64,000 nucleotides of DNA, taken from contig OZ024743.1 in NCBI GenBank assembly GCA_964016885.1, positions 120,218,001 through 120,282,000 of the forward strand, read 5' to 3'. A program made the position numbers and the translations under genes. Position 1 is the first letter of the stretch, and each line of letters starts with the position of its first letter. Positions 24,801 to 37,049 of this stretch are shown piece after piece. A model generated the notes under the pieces. The model searched no databases and was not told the origin of the DNA. It saw only the letters and a list, made by a program, of their open reading frames with translations. The DNA is from Eledone cirrhosa. Taxonomy: Eukaryota.

Positions 24801-27800
24801 TAAGTGTTTTGTTGGGTTTTTTTTTTGGGGGGGGGGGTTCCACATTTAAGACAGTAGTGTGCGATATGTGGAACATTTGGTTGATATTTCTAGGAGGTTA
24901 AGTGACTGCATAGAGGCTGTTTTGAATGCTTTGTCTAATTGCTGGTAGTTAATTCTATCTCGATACAAGAAATATATATACATTTATTCTAACCCCACCC
25001 TTTTTTTACAGGTTTTAGTCATCAGATTGGGGCCATGCTGGGGCACCACTTCCAGTAGAGTAAGGATTGGCAATGATCATAGCATGATCAGAGTCGCCTA
25101 GAGGTTCCTCAGTAGTACAACTGATAACCACTTCAGTAGTAGTGGTGAAGATCAGGTCCAAAGTGTTGTCACCTCTTGTTGGAGAGGTGACTACTTGTGA
25201 CCAGTTTGAGTCCAGCACTAGCTCAAGGAAATCGTTTGCACTTAGTGGCCAACCAAAGGTTTCCCAATCGATCTCAGGATGATTGAAGTCACCTGCAATA
25301 AACACATAAGTGGCTGTTTTCCTGGCAGCAGCTCTGAGGATATCGCAAAGCTGTGTGTCCTGATGGTAGTTTTTTTTTTGGGGGGGGGGGGGGGATAAAC
25401 AACACCAAGCAGAAGTGTTGACATGGTCATACGTATGTCGCAAAAAAAAACCTTCTTGTGATTCGTTCAAATCAACTCAAGGAATTACCGAAAAGTTTGA
25501 ACGAACGTAGACCATCACACCACCACCACGGCGATTAATGTGGTCCTTGCGGAAAAGGTTGTACCCAGTAATGCTGAAAACCCCATCACAGAGTAAGGAA
25601 TGTGCCCATGTTTCCGTGAGTTAAACAGATGTATCTTGTTGCATAAACTGCGAGCATTTAAGGACAAAAATTTGTACCCTGCTTGCAGTTTATGATGGTG
25701 TGTTGTTCTGGTTTAGTTTCCCAGAGTTGTTGCAGTTTTTTCATTGCCAGTTATTGTGGGTAGAGCACACTCATCATTCAATTGTGATTTAATAGTACCT
25801 GGTTTCAGCTTGGTCAAGATAAAGCATGTACAGTTATGTGCTTTGATCAGCATCAAAACACTGTCTCCAGGGTCCATAGTACAGTGTATTTTGCCACCTT
25901 TGTCTTAAGTTTATTACCTAATTCAAAGCTATGTAGAACATTTTCTATTTCCCTTTGTTTTTGTTAGCTTATTATATATATATGTGTGTATGTGGGTGGG
26001 TTGCCAAATTTTCTGCATGGAAGAATGGAGACATAATGAAATATGACAGAACAAATATAACACAATCTTCACTTCTCAGCCATCAAACTGGAATGGACAC
26101 TATGTGATTTCACCTTCATTACTGAAGGTATCAATAGTCTGTCCCAGGAAGTTAGAAAATAAAAGAAAGAAATTCCTCATCCTCTGGAAGAGATGTATGT
26201 AAAACAATACAAAACAATATGGCAGTCATACAGAAAATAAACAGAGGACAGAATAGTATATGGGTGAAGAAATTGAATATATATATATATATATATATGT
26301 ATATATTTTTTAACTGTATGTCTACCATGTTGTTTTGTATTGTATATATATAAATCCCTCCCCATGAAGAATGCACCTCCCAACATAGACTGATAATTAG
26401 CGACCTCATAGTCAGGACGAGATGTACTAGACAGCAGAAGAGGACTATCCTCAGGAGAAAAATATGGAAGCTAAAGGATCCCACAGCCAGAAATAAATTT
26501 CAAAGCATATTACTTGATGCTTTCGACAGTAAGGAAGAGCAATTAGAGTCGTACAAGGTAGAGGAACAGTGGGAATTCCTGAAAGCAAACTTGATGATGG
26601 CGGCAGACGAAGTCTGTGGCTGGAGCAGGCCTGTAGGCAGGAGGAGAGTAACATGGTGGTGGAACAGTAAGGTGGAGGGGTCAATCAAGGCCAAAAAGCA
26701 GGCTTGGAAAGCATGGCGGGATGGGGGAAGTAGAGAAGACTATCAAGTGGCCAGGAGGGAAGCTAGGAGACAAGTGTACTTCGCAAGAAGGGAAGCAGAG
26801 GAAAGAAAGTTCAAGCATGTTCTACAACGCGAGGACCAAAAACGTGAGGTGTTCAGGATTGCTAGGCAATGTGTCAAGGAAAACCGTGATATTGTCGGGG
26901 AGAAGTGTGTACTTAACGATGATGGCGTACTTGCCATCACTGACGCTGATAAGAAGGTAGCTTGGAAGTGTCACTACGAAAGGCTACTAAATGAGGAGAA
27001 TAAATGGGAGAAAGACAGTCTTCCCCACATCGATCCAATAGAGGGACCAGCAGTGTTAGTTGAAGGTAGTATAATAAGTAAGGCAATCAAAGATATGAAG
27101 ACGGGTAAGGCGGCTGGGCCTTCGGAAATAGTTGCTGAGCTGCTGAAAGCCTCCGGTACGGTGGGACACACCATGATCACCCGGATAGTAAACCAAGTCA
27201 TACAGAACGGGGTTGTTCCGAAGGACTGGCGTAGCAGCATCATCGTTAACTGTTACAAGGGTAAAGGAGACGCCCTAGATAGGAGTAACTATAGAGGCAT
27301 TAAATTAATCGACCAGGTCATGAAAGTCACGGAAAAAGTAATAGCGCAACTAATCAGAGAGAGAATTGATCTAGATGAAATGCAGTTCGGGTTTGTGTCA
27401 GGCAAAAGTACCACAGACGCTCTTTTCATTGTACGACAACTACAGGAGAAGTACCTGGTTAAAAGTAAACCCCTATACTTAGCTTTTGTCGACTTGGAGA
27501 AAGCCTTTGACAGAGTCCCCCGTTCCATTATCTGGTGGGCTCTTAGAAAACTAGGTGTTGACGAATGGCTTGTGAGAGCCATACAAGCCATGTATAGGGA
27601 AACAGTCAGCAAGGTTAGAATTAACAACGAATATAGTGAAGAGTTTAGCGTAAAAGTTGGTGTCCATCAGGGCTTTGTTCTTAGCCCCCTACTATTTATT
27701 ATTGCCCTTCAGGCTATAACAGAGGAGTTCAAGACCGGCTGCCCATGGGAACTCCTATACGCAGATGATCTAACGCTCATAGCTTAATCAATGGCCGAGC

Positions 27801-29240
27801 TAGAGAAGAAATTCCAAACATGGAAGCACGGCTTAGAATCAAAAGTCCTTAAAATTAACCTGGCTAAGACTAAAGTTCTAGTTTGTAGGAAAGAAAATAA
27901 GGCGCCGGTCCCCTCCGGGAAATGGCCATGCTCAGTGTGTAGGAAAGGCGTAGGTAGAAACTCCATTTTATGTCCCAAATGCAAAGTATGGGTGCATAAA
28001 AGATGTAGTGGGATCACAGGTAAGCTAACTAAGAACACAGATTTTACATGTGGCCGGTGCTCTGGTGCAATAAGTAGCAGCAAGTGCCCACAAAATACTA
28101 GCTCATTCAACTGCGCAGAGGGTTCTATAGAAATAGTGGACAGCTTCCGTTACCTGGGTGACAAAATCAGCAGTGGGGGAGGGTGCTCTGAAAGTACAGT
28201 AGCTAGAGTCAGAACTGGATGGAAAAAGTTCAGAGAGCTTATACCACTATTAGCCGCTAAAGGGTTCTCCCTAAAAATGAAAGGCAGGTTGTATGATGCC
28301 TGCATACGAACAGCAATGTTGCATGGCAGTGAGACCTGGGCATTGTGTGCAGGATATACGCAGACTAGAGAGGAACGAAGCTTGCATGCTCCGCTGGATG
28401 TGTAATAGTAATATACGTGAACGGCAAAGCATAAACGAACTAAGGAAAAAATTAGAAATAAGAGGGATCAGATGTTGTTTACTCGAGAGAAGGCTACGTT
28501 GGTATGGTCACGTGATGCGCATGAAAGACGACAGCTGTATAACAAAGTGCAGGGCAATAAAGATAGATGGTAGCCACGGAGTAGGCAGACCCAAGAAAAC
28601 CTGGGACGAGCTGATAAATTCTGACCTCACACACACCTCTCCAAGACAATGTCACTGGACCGAGACCTTTGGCGGTACTCAGTAACAGAGAAGACCCGCC
28701 TCACCTAAATACAAAGTAAAACCTACTAGTCAGTAGGCATCTCTAACAAAATACACCCCCGTCCCACCCCATCCACACTGCCCCCTTCAATGCAAAGTTA
28801 TGTTGGTACCACAACATCCAGGCCGGAACAAACGAGATCGTGTAGGTGTCACGACAAAAAAACACACAGTCCACGCTGTAATGTGACCGTGTAGGCAACA
28901 CGGTAAAAACCTCCCAGTCCCACACTGTAAATGTGGTTGGTGTTAGGAAGGGCATCCAGCTGTAGAAAACACGCCAGACAGTCCGCGCTGTAATGTGGCC
29001 ATGTAGGCAACACGGTAAAAACCTCCCAGCCCCACACTGTAAATGTGGTTGGTGTTAGGAAGGGCATCCAGCTGTAGAAAACCCGCCAGACAGTCCTATG
29101 CGAGCAAGACAACCACTCTTGCCTCAAGTGGGAAAACCCCCCATCCAAACCCGTGCAAGCGTGGAACAGGGACGTTAAACGATGATGATGATGATGATAT
29201 GTATATATTTTTTAACTGTATGTCTACCATGTTGTTTTGT

Positions 29241-29288
<48 letters not shown>

Positions 29289-32200
29289 CAGGGTGTTCGG
29301 GATAAATTTGACAGTTTCATCAGGAAAAAGAAAAAGTGCTTGGTATCTACAAAATTTATTTGATTTAAAAGAAATTCAATGGACAAGGAAATTACACTAT
29401 TGTCAAAGAGTTTTACTCAAAATAACCGCCATTAGCATCTATTACAGTCTCAATCCGGGCCCAGAACCTGGAGCAAGCTGATTTTACACTTTCCCTGGGA
29501 AGGCCCTCAAAAACTACTTTAATTCTGTCGATTAACTGGGCTTTTGTAGTACTGGCACGGCGAATGGTGTCTTTCTCTACAGCGCTCCATACATAATAGT
29601 CCATCGGGTTAAGATCAGGGGAGTTCGGAGGCCAAACATTGGGACTGGTGTAGTCGTAAAAATTGGCTGACATCCATTTTTTTACTTTTCCCCGAGGTGT
29701 GGCAGGGGGCCGAATCCTGCTGCCATACATACGGCCTATTATTGGCTACCCTTGTTATCCAGGGCTTAACTACAGTGGTTAGCAATTCCACGTAGGCATC
29801 TGAATTCAACCTGAGACCCTGTTTGAAAAAATGCGGAGGCATCACATCACCCTCAGAGGACACACATCCCAAAACCATGACAGTTTGGGAAAATTTAGTC
29901 TGCATGACTCGAGGAGTGTCCTTTGAACTGTATGCAAGTCATCTGTTATTCTGCGTGTTGTGTTTTTGATCTTGGCAAAAGTTTTTCTCATCGGAAAAGA
30001 ACCAGATTGTTTGTGCTTCAGCAGGATATTTCACTTTGCTCAGAAGTTTCTTTGCCTTTGTCAGACGATTTTCGCAGGCCTTTTCTGTGAGAAGTTGACC
30101 TCTGCGACGCTTATATGAGTAGTAGCGAAGGTCTTCATTGAGTGCAATTTTCATGGTAGAGGCTGAAACATTCAATTCACGCGACAAAGACCGAATTCCG
30201 ATGCCAGGCTCCTCCAACACTTTTTTCTGTAGATTTTCGATGAATTCTGCTGTGCGAGAGCAATCAGATCTTCTGTTATGTTTCTTTCTTCTAGCCACAG
30301 CCTCGTAGTCTCCATTGCAATTCTCCAGTTCATGCCGGATTGTTTTTACAGTGTTCAGGGAGCATTGAGCAGCGACCATAATCTCCTTATTTTGATGGGC
30401 GGCGCGAATCATCATGATACAAGTTATTCTCTTTCATGATTCAGGTGGCTCCCAGTCCTCCATTCTCATTGTCATCACATATATGAATGAAGGAGGGTTT
30501 AAACTTTCAAATAAAGCCTAGTGGGCATGAATGAATTTAAAACATCTGAAAAACAACCAAATATTATTCTGTCAAATTTATCCCGAACACCCTGTATATA
30601 TATGTATATATTTTTTAACTATGTCTACCATGTTGTTTTGTATTGTATGCGATGAAATACCCATGATCGTTTGGTAAATCACTGATGAGGGACTAATTTT
30701 ATAACATGTTATCCATGTGCAACCAGCAGTTTTCTTCTCACCTATATATATATGTATATATTTTTTAACTGTATGTCTACCATGTTGTTTTGTATTGTAT
30801 ATATATATATATATATATGAGTGTGTATTATCTTTCTCTTCCAGTTCACAATTTCGGTTTCTTTTATCGTCTGATCAAGAGTCAACAGTTGGAGACTTTC
30901 TAGAAAACAAGCTAAAATGGAAACGACTAGAAAAAAGACAGTGTTTCCCAGCACCTTCAGCAATTGAAAATGAATCTGGTACAAATCAGAATATAGAATC
31001 TATTTATATTCCTAGAGGAGGAATTGCTAAAAGCCTTTTTACTGAATGGTAAGCAATGGTTTTATATAATAGTCTGTAAAGTTCATTTTACCTGACTGGA
31101 ATTTTCTTTTTGCTGTTTCATCAGAGTGAGAAGAGCAACACCTATGAACCTTTATTTTTTCTGATCCCTCTGTTCATGTTTTTCCTACTCAGATCAACCT
31201 GCAGAATTTCAAATTGAACATCAACTGCGTTTGGAGGGAAGACTGAAAAAGTCATGGGGACAGTTGCCTCTTCTCCTCAAACTAAAATGTAGTAAAGAAA
31301 ATGCTCTACATTTTTTTTTCATTTATTCACCAAGCAATACTCTTATGCCTTCTTTCAAATAATAATGTTTTACAAATTTAGAATTGTGTCCCATGACACT
31401 ATATAAAGATGGAGCCTTTACTTGTGTAGTAACATTGGGTTGCAGAGCATGTATTTAATGAAGATTTTTAAAAAGTTGAAGTCCCTCTCGGGTTAGAGCT
31501 TATACTGGTTTCATTAATGGAAGCATTAAGTTACTGAGAGTACAAAGGAGGGCACCGGTTTGTCACAAGTTTAACCTCCAGCTGTTGACTGTACTTATTC
31601 TTATAGCTGAATGGACTAGAGTAACATAAAATGAATTGCTTTACTCATAGACACAATGTGCCACTTGGTCTGGGATGGAACCCATGACTTTGTGATCATT
31701 AGCTCAATACCCTAACCACTAATCTCCATCAAGATTACCCTGTTAATATTATAACCTAACAGCTATTTTTTTAAATTGCCACAACTACTATATCAATATA
31801 ATTAGTTATAAAAATGAGTGATGTTAAAGAAAACATCTAATTTTTTGAGCAGAAATGTCATTATCAGGCTCTTAGCTTTCTGAAATCAAATCCTTCTGTG
31901 ACCTACTTGTGTAGTAGACTTAATCCATTTCCCAGTTTAACATAACCTAGCTTATGGGTAATGATGTTGGTTGTCTTAAAGGATGGCTCCTGCTCATTAG
32001 CCTCTGAAACCAAAGATGAAATAGATAATCTGACACGGTTACGGTTCAAGAAATGAAGAAGGAGTGAGACTTCTTGAATTTTGTGATGCGAGTACATTGA
32101 CTATTTGCAACACAAACTTCCAGAAACCTGCCAATCACCTAATAACCTACAAATCTGGTGAGCACATAAGCCAGATTGACTTCTTGCTAGTTAGGCAGCG

Positions 32201-35200
32201 GGATAGGCAGATAGTGTCTAATACCAAGGCATACCCTGGGGAAGAATGTACCCCACAGCATAGGTTAGTTGTTAGTGATATCTCAGTAAGCAAGAGATGG
32301 AATGAGACATATAGGAAGGTGTGGAGAAGAAAAGTCTGGAAGCTAAAAGACCTTTCACTAAAATACAAATTTACGAAAGCCCTTCAAGATGTATATGACG
32401 AAAAAGAAGACGATTTAAAGACGTATGACATAGATAATAACTGGAATTTCTTACGTGACAACTTGCTGCAGGCTACTGATGAAACCTGTGGCTGGAGCAG
32501 AGCTCCAACCAGACAGAGAGTGACCTGGTGGTGGAACAGCACAGTAGATAAGGCTATTAGAGACAAAAGACTAGCATAGAAGGCTTGGAAAAAGGGTGGG
32601 AGTAGGGAAGAATATACAGCCACTAAGAGAGAAGCTAGACGTCAGGTGTACTTAGCACGCAGGGAGGCAGAGAGTAGGAGGTTTGCCAATGTTCTGCGAC
32701 GGGAAGATCAGAGGCGTGCGGTGTTCCACATTGCAAGGCAGTGTGTCAATGCAAATCAGGATGTTGTTGGAGATAAATGTGTCCAGGATGATGCCGGTGT
32801 ACTTAGTGTCACGAATGATCAGAAAAAGGAGGCCTGGAAATGTCATTATGAGAGACTGATGAATGTGGAGAACGAATGGGAGAGAGAGAAATTACCCTTG
32901 GTAGATCCGACAGAGGGACCAGCTATTGAGATTGAAGAATATAGGGTCCAAGAGGCGATTAGGGAAATGAAAAATGGTAAGGCTGCCGGACCATCGGGAA
33001 TAGTTGCTGAGATGCTGAAGGCATCAGGGGACGTAGGCACTAAACTGGATGCACGCATCATCAATCAGGCTATATATGGTGGTGTCATACCCAAAGACTG
33101 GTGCAGCAGTATTCTCATAAATTGCTACAAAGGTAAAGGGGATGCTTTGGAGAGGAGCAATTATAGGGGTATAAAACTGATAGATCAGGTTATGAAAGTG
33201 GCAGAAAGGATTTTAGCACAACTAATTAGAGAAAGGGTCAAACTAGATGAGATACAGTTTGGTTTTGTGCCTGGGAAGAGTACAACAGATGCCCTCTTCT
33301 TGGTGAGACAATTGCAAGAGAGGTTCTTAGAGAAGAATAAGCCACTATACTTAGCCTTTGTTGACCTAGAGAAGGCCTTTGATAGGGTACCCCGATCTGT
33401 CATCTGGTGGTCCCTAAGGAAGCTAGGTGTTGAGGAATGGCTTGTGAGGACAGTGCAAACTTTGTACAGAGGTACTCTCAGTAAAGTCAGGGTAGGAATG
33501 GAGTTTAGTGAGGAATTCCAGATACAAGTAGGAGTACATCAGGGTTCGGTCCTCAGCCCGCTCTTGTTCATTATAGTCCTCCAAGCCATAACAGAGGAGT
33601 TTAAGACTGGCTGTCCATGGGAACTTCTCTATGCTGACGATCTGGCTCTTATAGCAGAATCAGTAGAGGAGTTAGAGAATAAATTCCGGCTATGGAAACA
33701 GCAGTTGGAAGCAAGAGGACTGAGAGTAAATCTAGCTAAGACAAAAGTGTTGATGAGTAGTAAAGAGGACAAAACCCTGATTCCGTCAGGGAAATGGCCA
33801 TGTTCGATATGCAGAAAAGGAACTGGCATAAATTCTATAAAATGCACACAATGCAGGTCCTGGGTACACAAGAGATGTAGCGGGATAGCAGGCAAACTAA
33901 CAGGTAGGGAGAAATATGTATGCAGTAGATGTACAGGGAAATTAGACAGTAGAAGTCGCACTGATAGACACATTTTTCAAATGCAAGAGGGCACTATAGA
34001 AGTGGTGGATAGCTTCTGGTACCTAGGAGATCAGATTAGCATGGAAGGAGGGTGTTCCGAGGCCATAGTATCTAGAATAAGGACGGGTTGGAAGAAGTTT
34101 AGGGAGCTGCTTCTTCTGTTGACGAAGAAGGGTTTCTCCCTGCGTACAAAAGGCCGGTTGTATGATGCCTGTGTGAGGAACGCGATGCTGCATGGTAGTG
34201 AGACATGAGCAGCAACTGCAGAGGATATGCGACGGCTGGAGAGAAATGAGGCAAGCATGCTCCGTTGGATGTGCAGTGTAAATGTGTGTGAACGACCCAG
34301 CATAAATGTGTTGAGAGAGAAACTGTGTCTGAGAGGGATAGAATGTAGTGTACGGGAGAGGAGACTGAGGTGGTATGGACATGTGATGCGCATGGAGGAT
34401 GACCGATGGGTGTTGAAGTGCCAGGAATTGCCAGTTGAAGGAAGACGTGGTAGAGGTAGACCACGAAAAACATGGGCGGAGGTGGTGAGAACAGACCTCA
34501 GATCATTGAAGCTCACGGTGGAGATGACGAGGGACCGTGACGAGTGGAGAGATGCTGTGCTGAATAAGACCCGTCCCACTCTTGCAAGCAGGGAAAAGCG
34601 GACGTAAAATGATGATGATGATGACTCAGAGAGTTGAAGTCCAGTGCTGCTGGCAGTTTTTGTTGTTTACCATTCTCTTCCATTTCCTTCTCAGTGTCAC
34701 TGCTGATTATAGATGGGAGAGAAGGTTGATTAGCTTCTTGGTCAGCTTCTGGGACTAAATATGAGGCAATCTCCTCTGATAATTCCATGCCACTGGTACT
34801 ACTAGAACAACAGTCATTGCATCCTGTGGTTTCATTGTTTTCTATTTTACTTTTTCAATTCTTCAGGGCAGTAAGCTTTTAAGTAGCCTTTTCTATCACC
34901 AGCATGGCAACTAGAACTGGGGTTTTAACTCTAAAAATTTTCAGCAGGATATTAAGAGTTTAAAAAACGACTTTTGCCCTAAAAGAGGTAAAAATATGCA
35001 AATAATTATTGTAAACCATTCTTTTGCAGTAGTACATAGATAAAGTAGAAACTTATCTCCACTTAAACCCACTTAGTATTCAGAATCTAAATCATGTTTT
35101 AATGACACTAGAACAAAAATAATAATAATTGTTTCTACTTTTTGGCACAAGGCCAGCAATTAACCAGTGCATTACTGGTACTTTATTTTATCGACCCCGT

Positions 35201-37049
35201 AAGGATGAAAGGCAAAGTTACAACTCTATCCTGCAAAGCATGGTATCTGACCCTCTACCGATACTGCCAATCTACTGTCCAAAAATAATAATAATTGTTT
35301 CTACTTTTGGCACAAGGCCTGCAATTACCCAGTACATTACTAGTACTGTATTTTATCGACCCCGTGAGGATGAAAGGCAAAGTTAACCTCGGCGGGATTT
35401 GAACTCCAAAAATAATAATAATTGTTTATACTTTTGGCACAAGGCCAGCAAATTACCCAGTACATTACTGGTACTTTATTTTATTGACCCCGTAAGGATG
35501 AAAGGCAAAGTTAACCTCGGCGGGATTTGAACTCGATGTATTATTAGGGTGGAAGATTGGCAGAATCATTAGGATCTTGGAAAAAATACTTTGTGGTATT
35601 CCTTCCAGCATTTTATATTTTTTTATTTAGGTTGGTGGATTGGCAGAACTGGTAGAACATCAGACAAAATGCCACTGGCATTTATTCTGGTTCTTTACAT
35701 TCAAATCCCATCAAAGTCAGTTTTGCTTTTCATTCTTCCAGAATCGATAAAATAAAATACCAGCCAAGTTTTGGAGGGGGAAGGGGTTGATGTATTTGAC
35801 TTTTCCTTTCTCCTAAAATTACTGGCCTTGTGCTTAAAGTCGAAATCATTATTATAATAAATAATTTTTTTTCATATTAAAGCTGTGATGCTAAGATTCC
35901 TGTCAGTGTGCTGCTGTTGTTCTGTGCTGAAGGGGATAATGCCTGGCATGCTAAGCACCTAGCAGCAATTGTCAATCAATGGCTGAATTTAGTACCAATG
36001 CTGGTAGTAAGTATATATATTTATTTAAATCAGACAGAATTCTCTCACCTCTTTCTGTTGAAATCAGTTGTAACTGGCTGCTCATACTGATGTTAAGGTA
36101 TTGTTCTCAAAATAAATATAAAAGTTTGTAGATTCGATATTATGTGAGATAATTATGTAAGATAAAGCCTTTACTGTGAAAATACAATAGTAAATATAGA
36201 GTAATGTAAATATTAAAGGGTTCAGAGACACCAATGGAGCCTTTATGTGGTCGCTTAATCTGCTAACGATAGCAACCAATTACCTCTGGAATTACTTCTT
36301 ACTGTCTTAAAAATGGAAGGATACATTGGATAAAGTAATCCCAGATGTATAAAAAAAAGGTGGGATGATCTAAGACTGTACATAGTTCTGTACTATTAAG
36401 CTATTTATTTTTAAATATTTATACTTGTTTAAGACCCTTCCATTATAATATTTTCTATGTAAGAACCTTTGTAAAGTTATGCAACAAACACTGACTCAAA
36501 AATGAGAAAATTAGTTATTTTAGTAAATCTTTCCAAATTCTTGATTATTTTTAAAATGATTTGAAAATCATAGCTAGTGTCTTTCATTAAAAATATGTAA
36601 TAAAAAGGTTAAGATACACTGTAACCAATACTAGAAAGTAAAATAACACCAGTATTTTATGTAGTAACAACAATAACTGCAGCAACAAAGTGATAGAAAA
36701 CAAGAATTAACTAGGGAACATCTACATGGTTGTTTGGCCTTTTAAAAATAACAAATCATACCATACCACGAAACACAAACAAACCAAGAATAATGTATTC
36801 CTAGAAACATTCTACTTGAAAAATAAAATGACAGGTTAGTCACTGTCAGAATACTTTTCTTGCTCAATGGCTGCTAAACTGGGGTGAAATAAAAATTATT
36901 ATTGTTATATTCCACATAATTTTTTAAGCGTTTCATTTATTTTCTTATTCCAGTCTCCAGACTTACCGCTACCAACAGATTTCTGGAAAATTCCCCCTTC
37001 ATGGAAACTTATATTTGGAAATACATTTGACCAATCTCTATTCCATTAA
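18728..37049 (+). CDS. PSMG2: proteasome assembly chaperone 2, 283 aa; join(18728..18808,22733..22901,23711..23769,24520..24638,30845..31048,35883..36006,36954..37049)
   Basis: 852-nt spliced ORF, all introns GT-AG and phase-consistent. PAC2 motifs AVSIGNVGQLTTDLII, VIGNNPY, IPRGGIAK, FCAEGDN and WKIPPSWKLIFG. Confidence 0.96.
19420..20050 (+). mobile_element. three tandem copies of a young tRNA-derived SINE (Meta-domain-like body) plus an inverted tail fragment
   Basis: ggcggtggattggcag...gagttcaaatccc (A/B boxes)...gcctttcatccttacggggtcgataaaataaagtaccag...gtagaaacaatta, about 185 bp, near-identical copies. The Meta-domain assignment is from memory. Confidence 0.88.
20485..20750 (-). mobile_element. 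3' end of a further RTE-like LINE family
   Basis: Reverse strand RRPRGRPRARWLDNIHELGW...HWRECLWTLPP with a gaagaagaa tail. Similar copy at 37310-37620. Confidence 0.65.
21690..22170 (-). repeat. two copies of a common interspersed repeat (ctagaaatagcagccaaat...tgatcatag type)
   Basis: Related degenerate copies near 14090-14250, 20100-20260, 24695-24920, 36230-36380 and 36720-36890. Confidence 0.6.
22733..22901 (+). CDS. PSMG2: PSMG2 coding exon 2
   Basis: tttcag|AAVSIGNVGQLTTDLIIST...LMTSCE+G|gtaatg. Confidence 0.95.
23061..23244 (-). mobile_element. full-length tRNA-derived SINE with 18-bp target-site duplication
   Basis: Reverse complement of the 19420-20050 units. TSD tagcatatatttcataat at 23043-23060 and 23245-23262. 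Confidence 0.92.
23711..23769 (+). CDS. PSMG2: PSMG2 coding exon 3
   Basis: ttctcag|TG YKCEEKKLVILLQRAPFVK|gtaagt. Confidence 0.93.
24520..24638 (+). CDS. PSMG2: PSMG2 coding exon 4
   Basis: acaag|GKQGEYRKCLVQWIKEQNFDQVIILTSSSAHERLDDQLR+GG|gtaagt. Confidence 0.93.
25015..25660 (-). mobile_element. CR1-like LINE endonuclease fragment
   Basis: LNARS..., TETW, FRKD..RRGGGV, VFIAGDFNHPEIDW, PTRGDNTLDLIF and LGDSDH motifs of the APE domain. Confidence 0.75.
26299..26352 (+). repeat. ~50-bp direct repeat, copy 1 of 4 (others at 29201-29254, 30604-30648, 30754-30807)
   Basis: gtatatattttttaactgtatgtctaccatgttgttttgtattgtat; copy 3 lacks 2 bp. Confidence 0.9.
26353..29198 (+). mobile_element. RTE-clade LINE, subfamily A, 5'-truncated, with long 3' region and (GAT)n tail
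   Basis: ORFs 26591-27787, 27791-28405 and 28293-28685 give RT (LYADDL), C4HC3 finger and C-terminus. One stop and one frameshift; bracketed by identical ~54-bp direct repeats. Confidence 0.95.
29289..30594 (-). mobile_element. Tc1/mariner DD37D (maT-type) DNA transposon, full length, transposase pseudogene
   Basis: Perfect 26-bp TIRs cagggtgttcgggataaatttgacag (29289-29314, 30569-30594), TA on both sides. FSDEK / QQDSAPCH / SPDLNPMDY with 37 residues between D2 and D3 after repairing a +1 A. Transposase about 30475-29413 with two premature TGA. Confidence 0.95.
30845..31048 (+). CDS. PSMG2: PSMG2 coding exon 5
   Basis: ttccag|T SQFRFLL...IYIPRGGIAKSLFTE+TG|gtaagc. Confidence 0.93.
32035..34624 (+). 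mobile_element. RTE-clade LINE, subfamily B, 5'-truncated
   Basis: ORFs 32064-32579, 32646-34208 and 34227-34607 lie in one frame broken by stops; APE end, RT, C4HC3 finger; (TGA)n tail. Confidence 0.95.
35115..35540 (-). mobile_element. three tandem partial copies of the tRNA-derived SINE
   Basis: caaaaataataataattgttt...ggcacaaggcc... repeated near 35115, 35280 and 35408. Confidence 0.85.
35883..36006 (+). CDS. PSMG2: PSMG2 coding exon 6
   Basis: taaag|C CDAKIPVSVLLLFCAEGDNAWHAKHLAAIVNQWLNLVPMLV|gtaagt. Confidence 0.92.
36954..37049 (+). CDS. PSMG2: PSMG2 last coding exon
   Basis: attccag|SPDLPLPTDFWKIPPSWKLIFGNTFDQSLFH*. AATAAA near 37095 and 37188. Confidence 0.93.
   Translation, partial: SPDLPLPTDFWKIPPSWKLIFGNTFDQSLFH

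Noticed and set aside
26299-30810. Repeat-spacer pattern as a CRISPR-like array
   Set aside because: Eukaryotic intron; spacers are 0.1-2.8 kb and include recognisable transposons; no cas genes.
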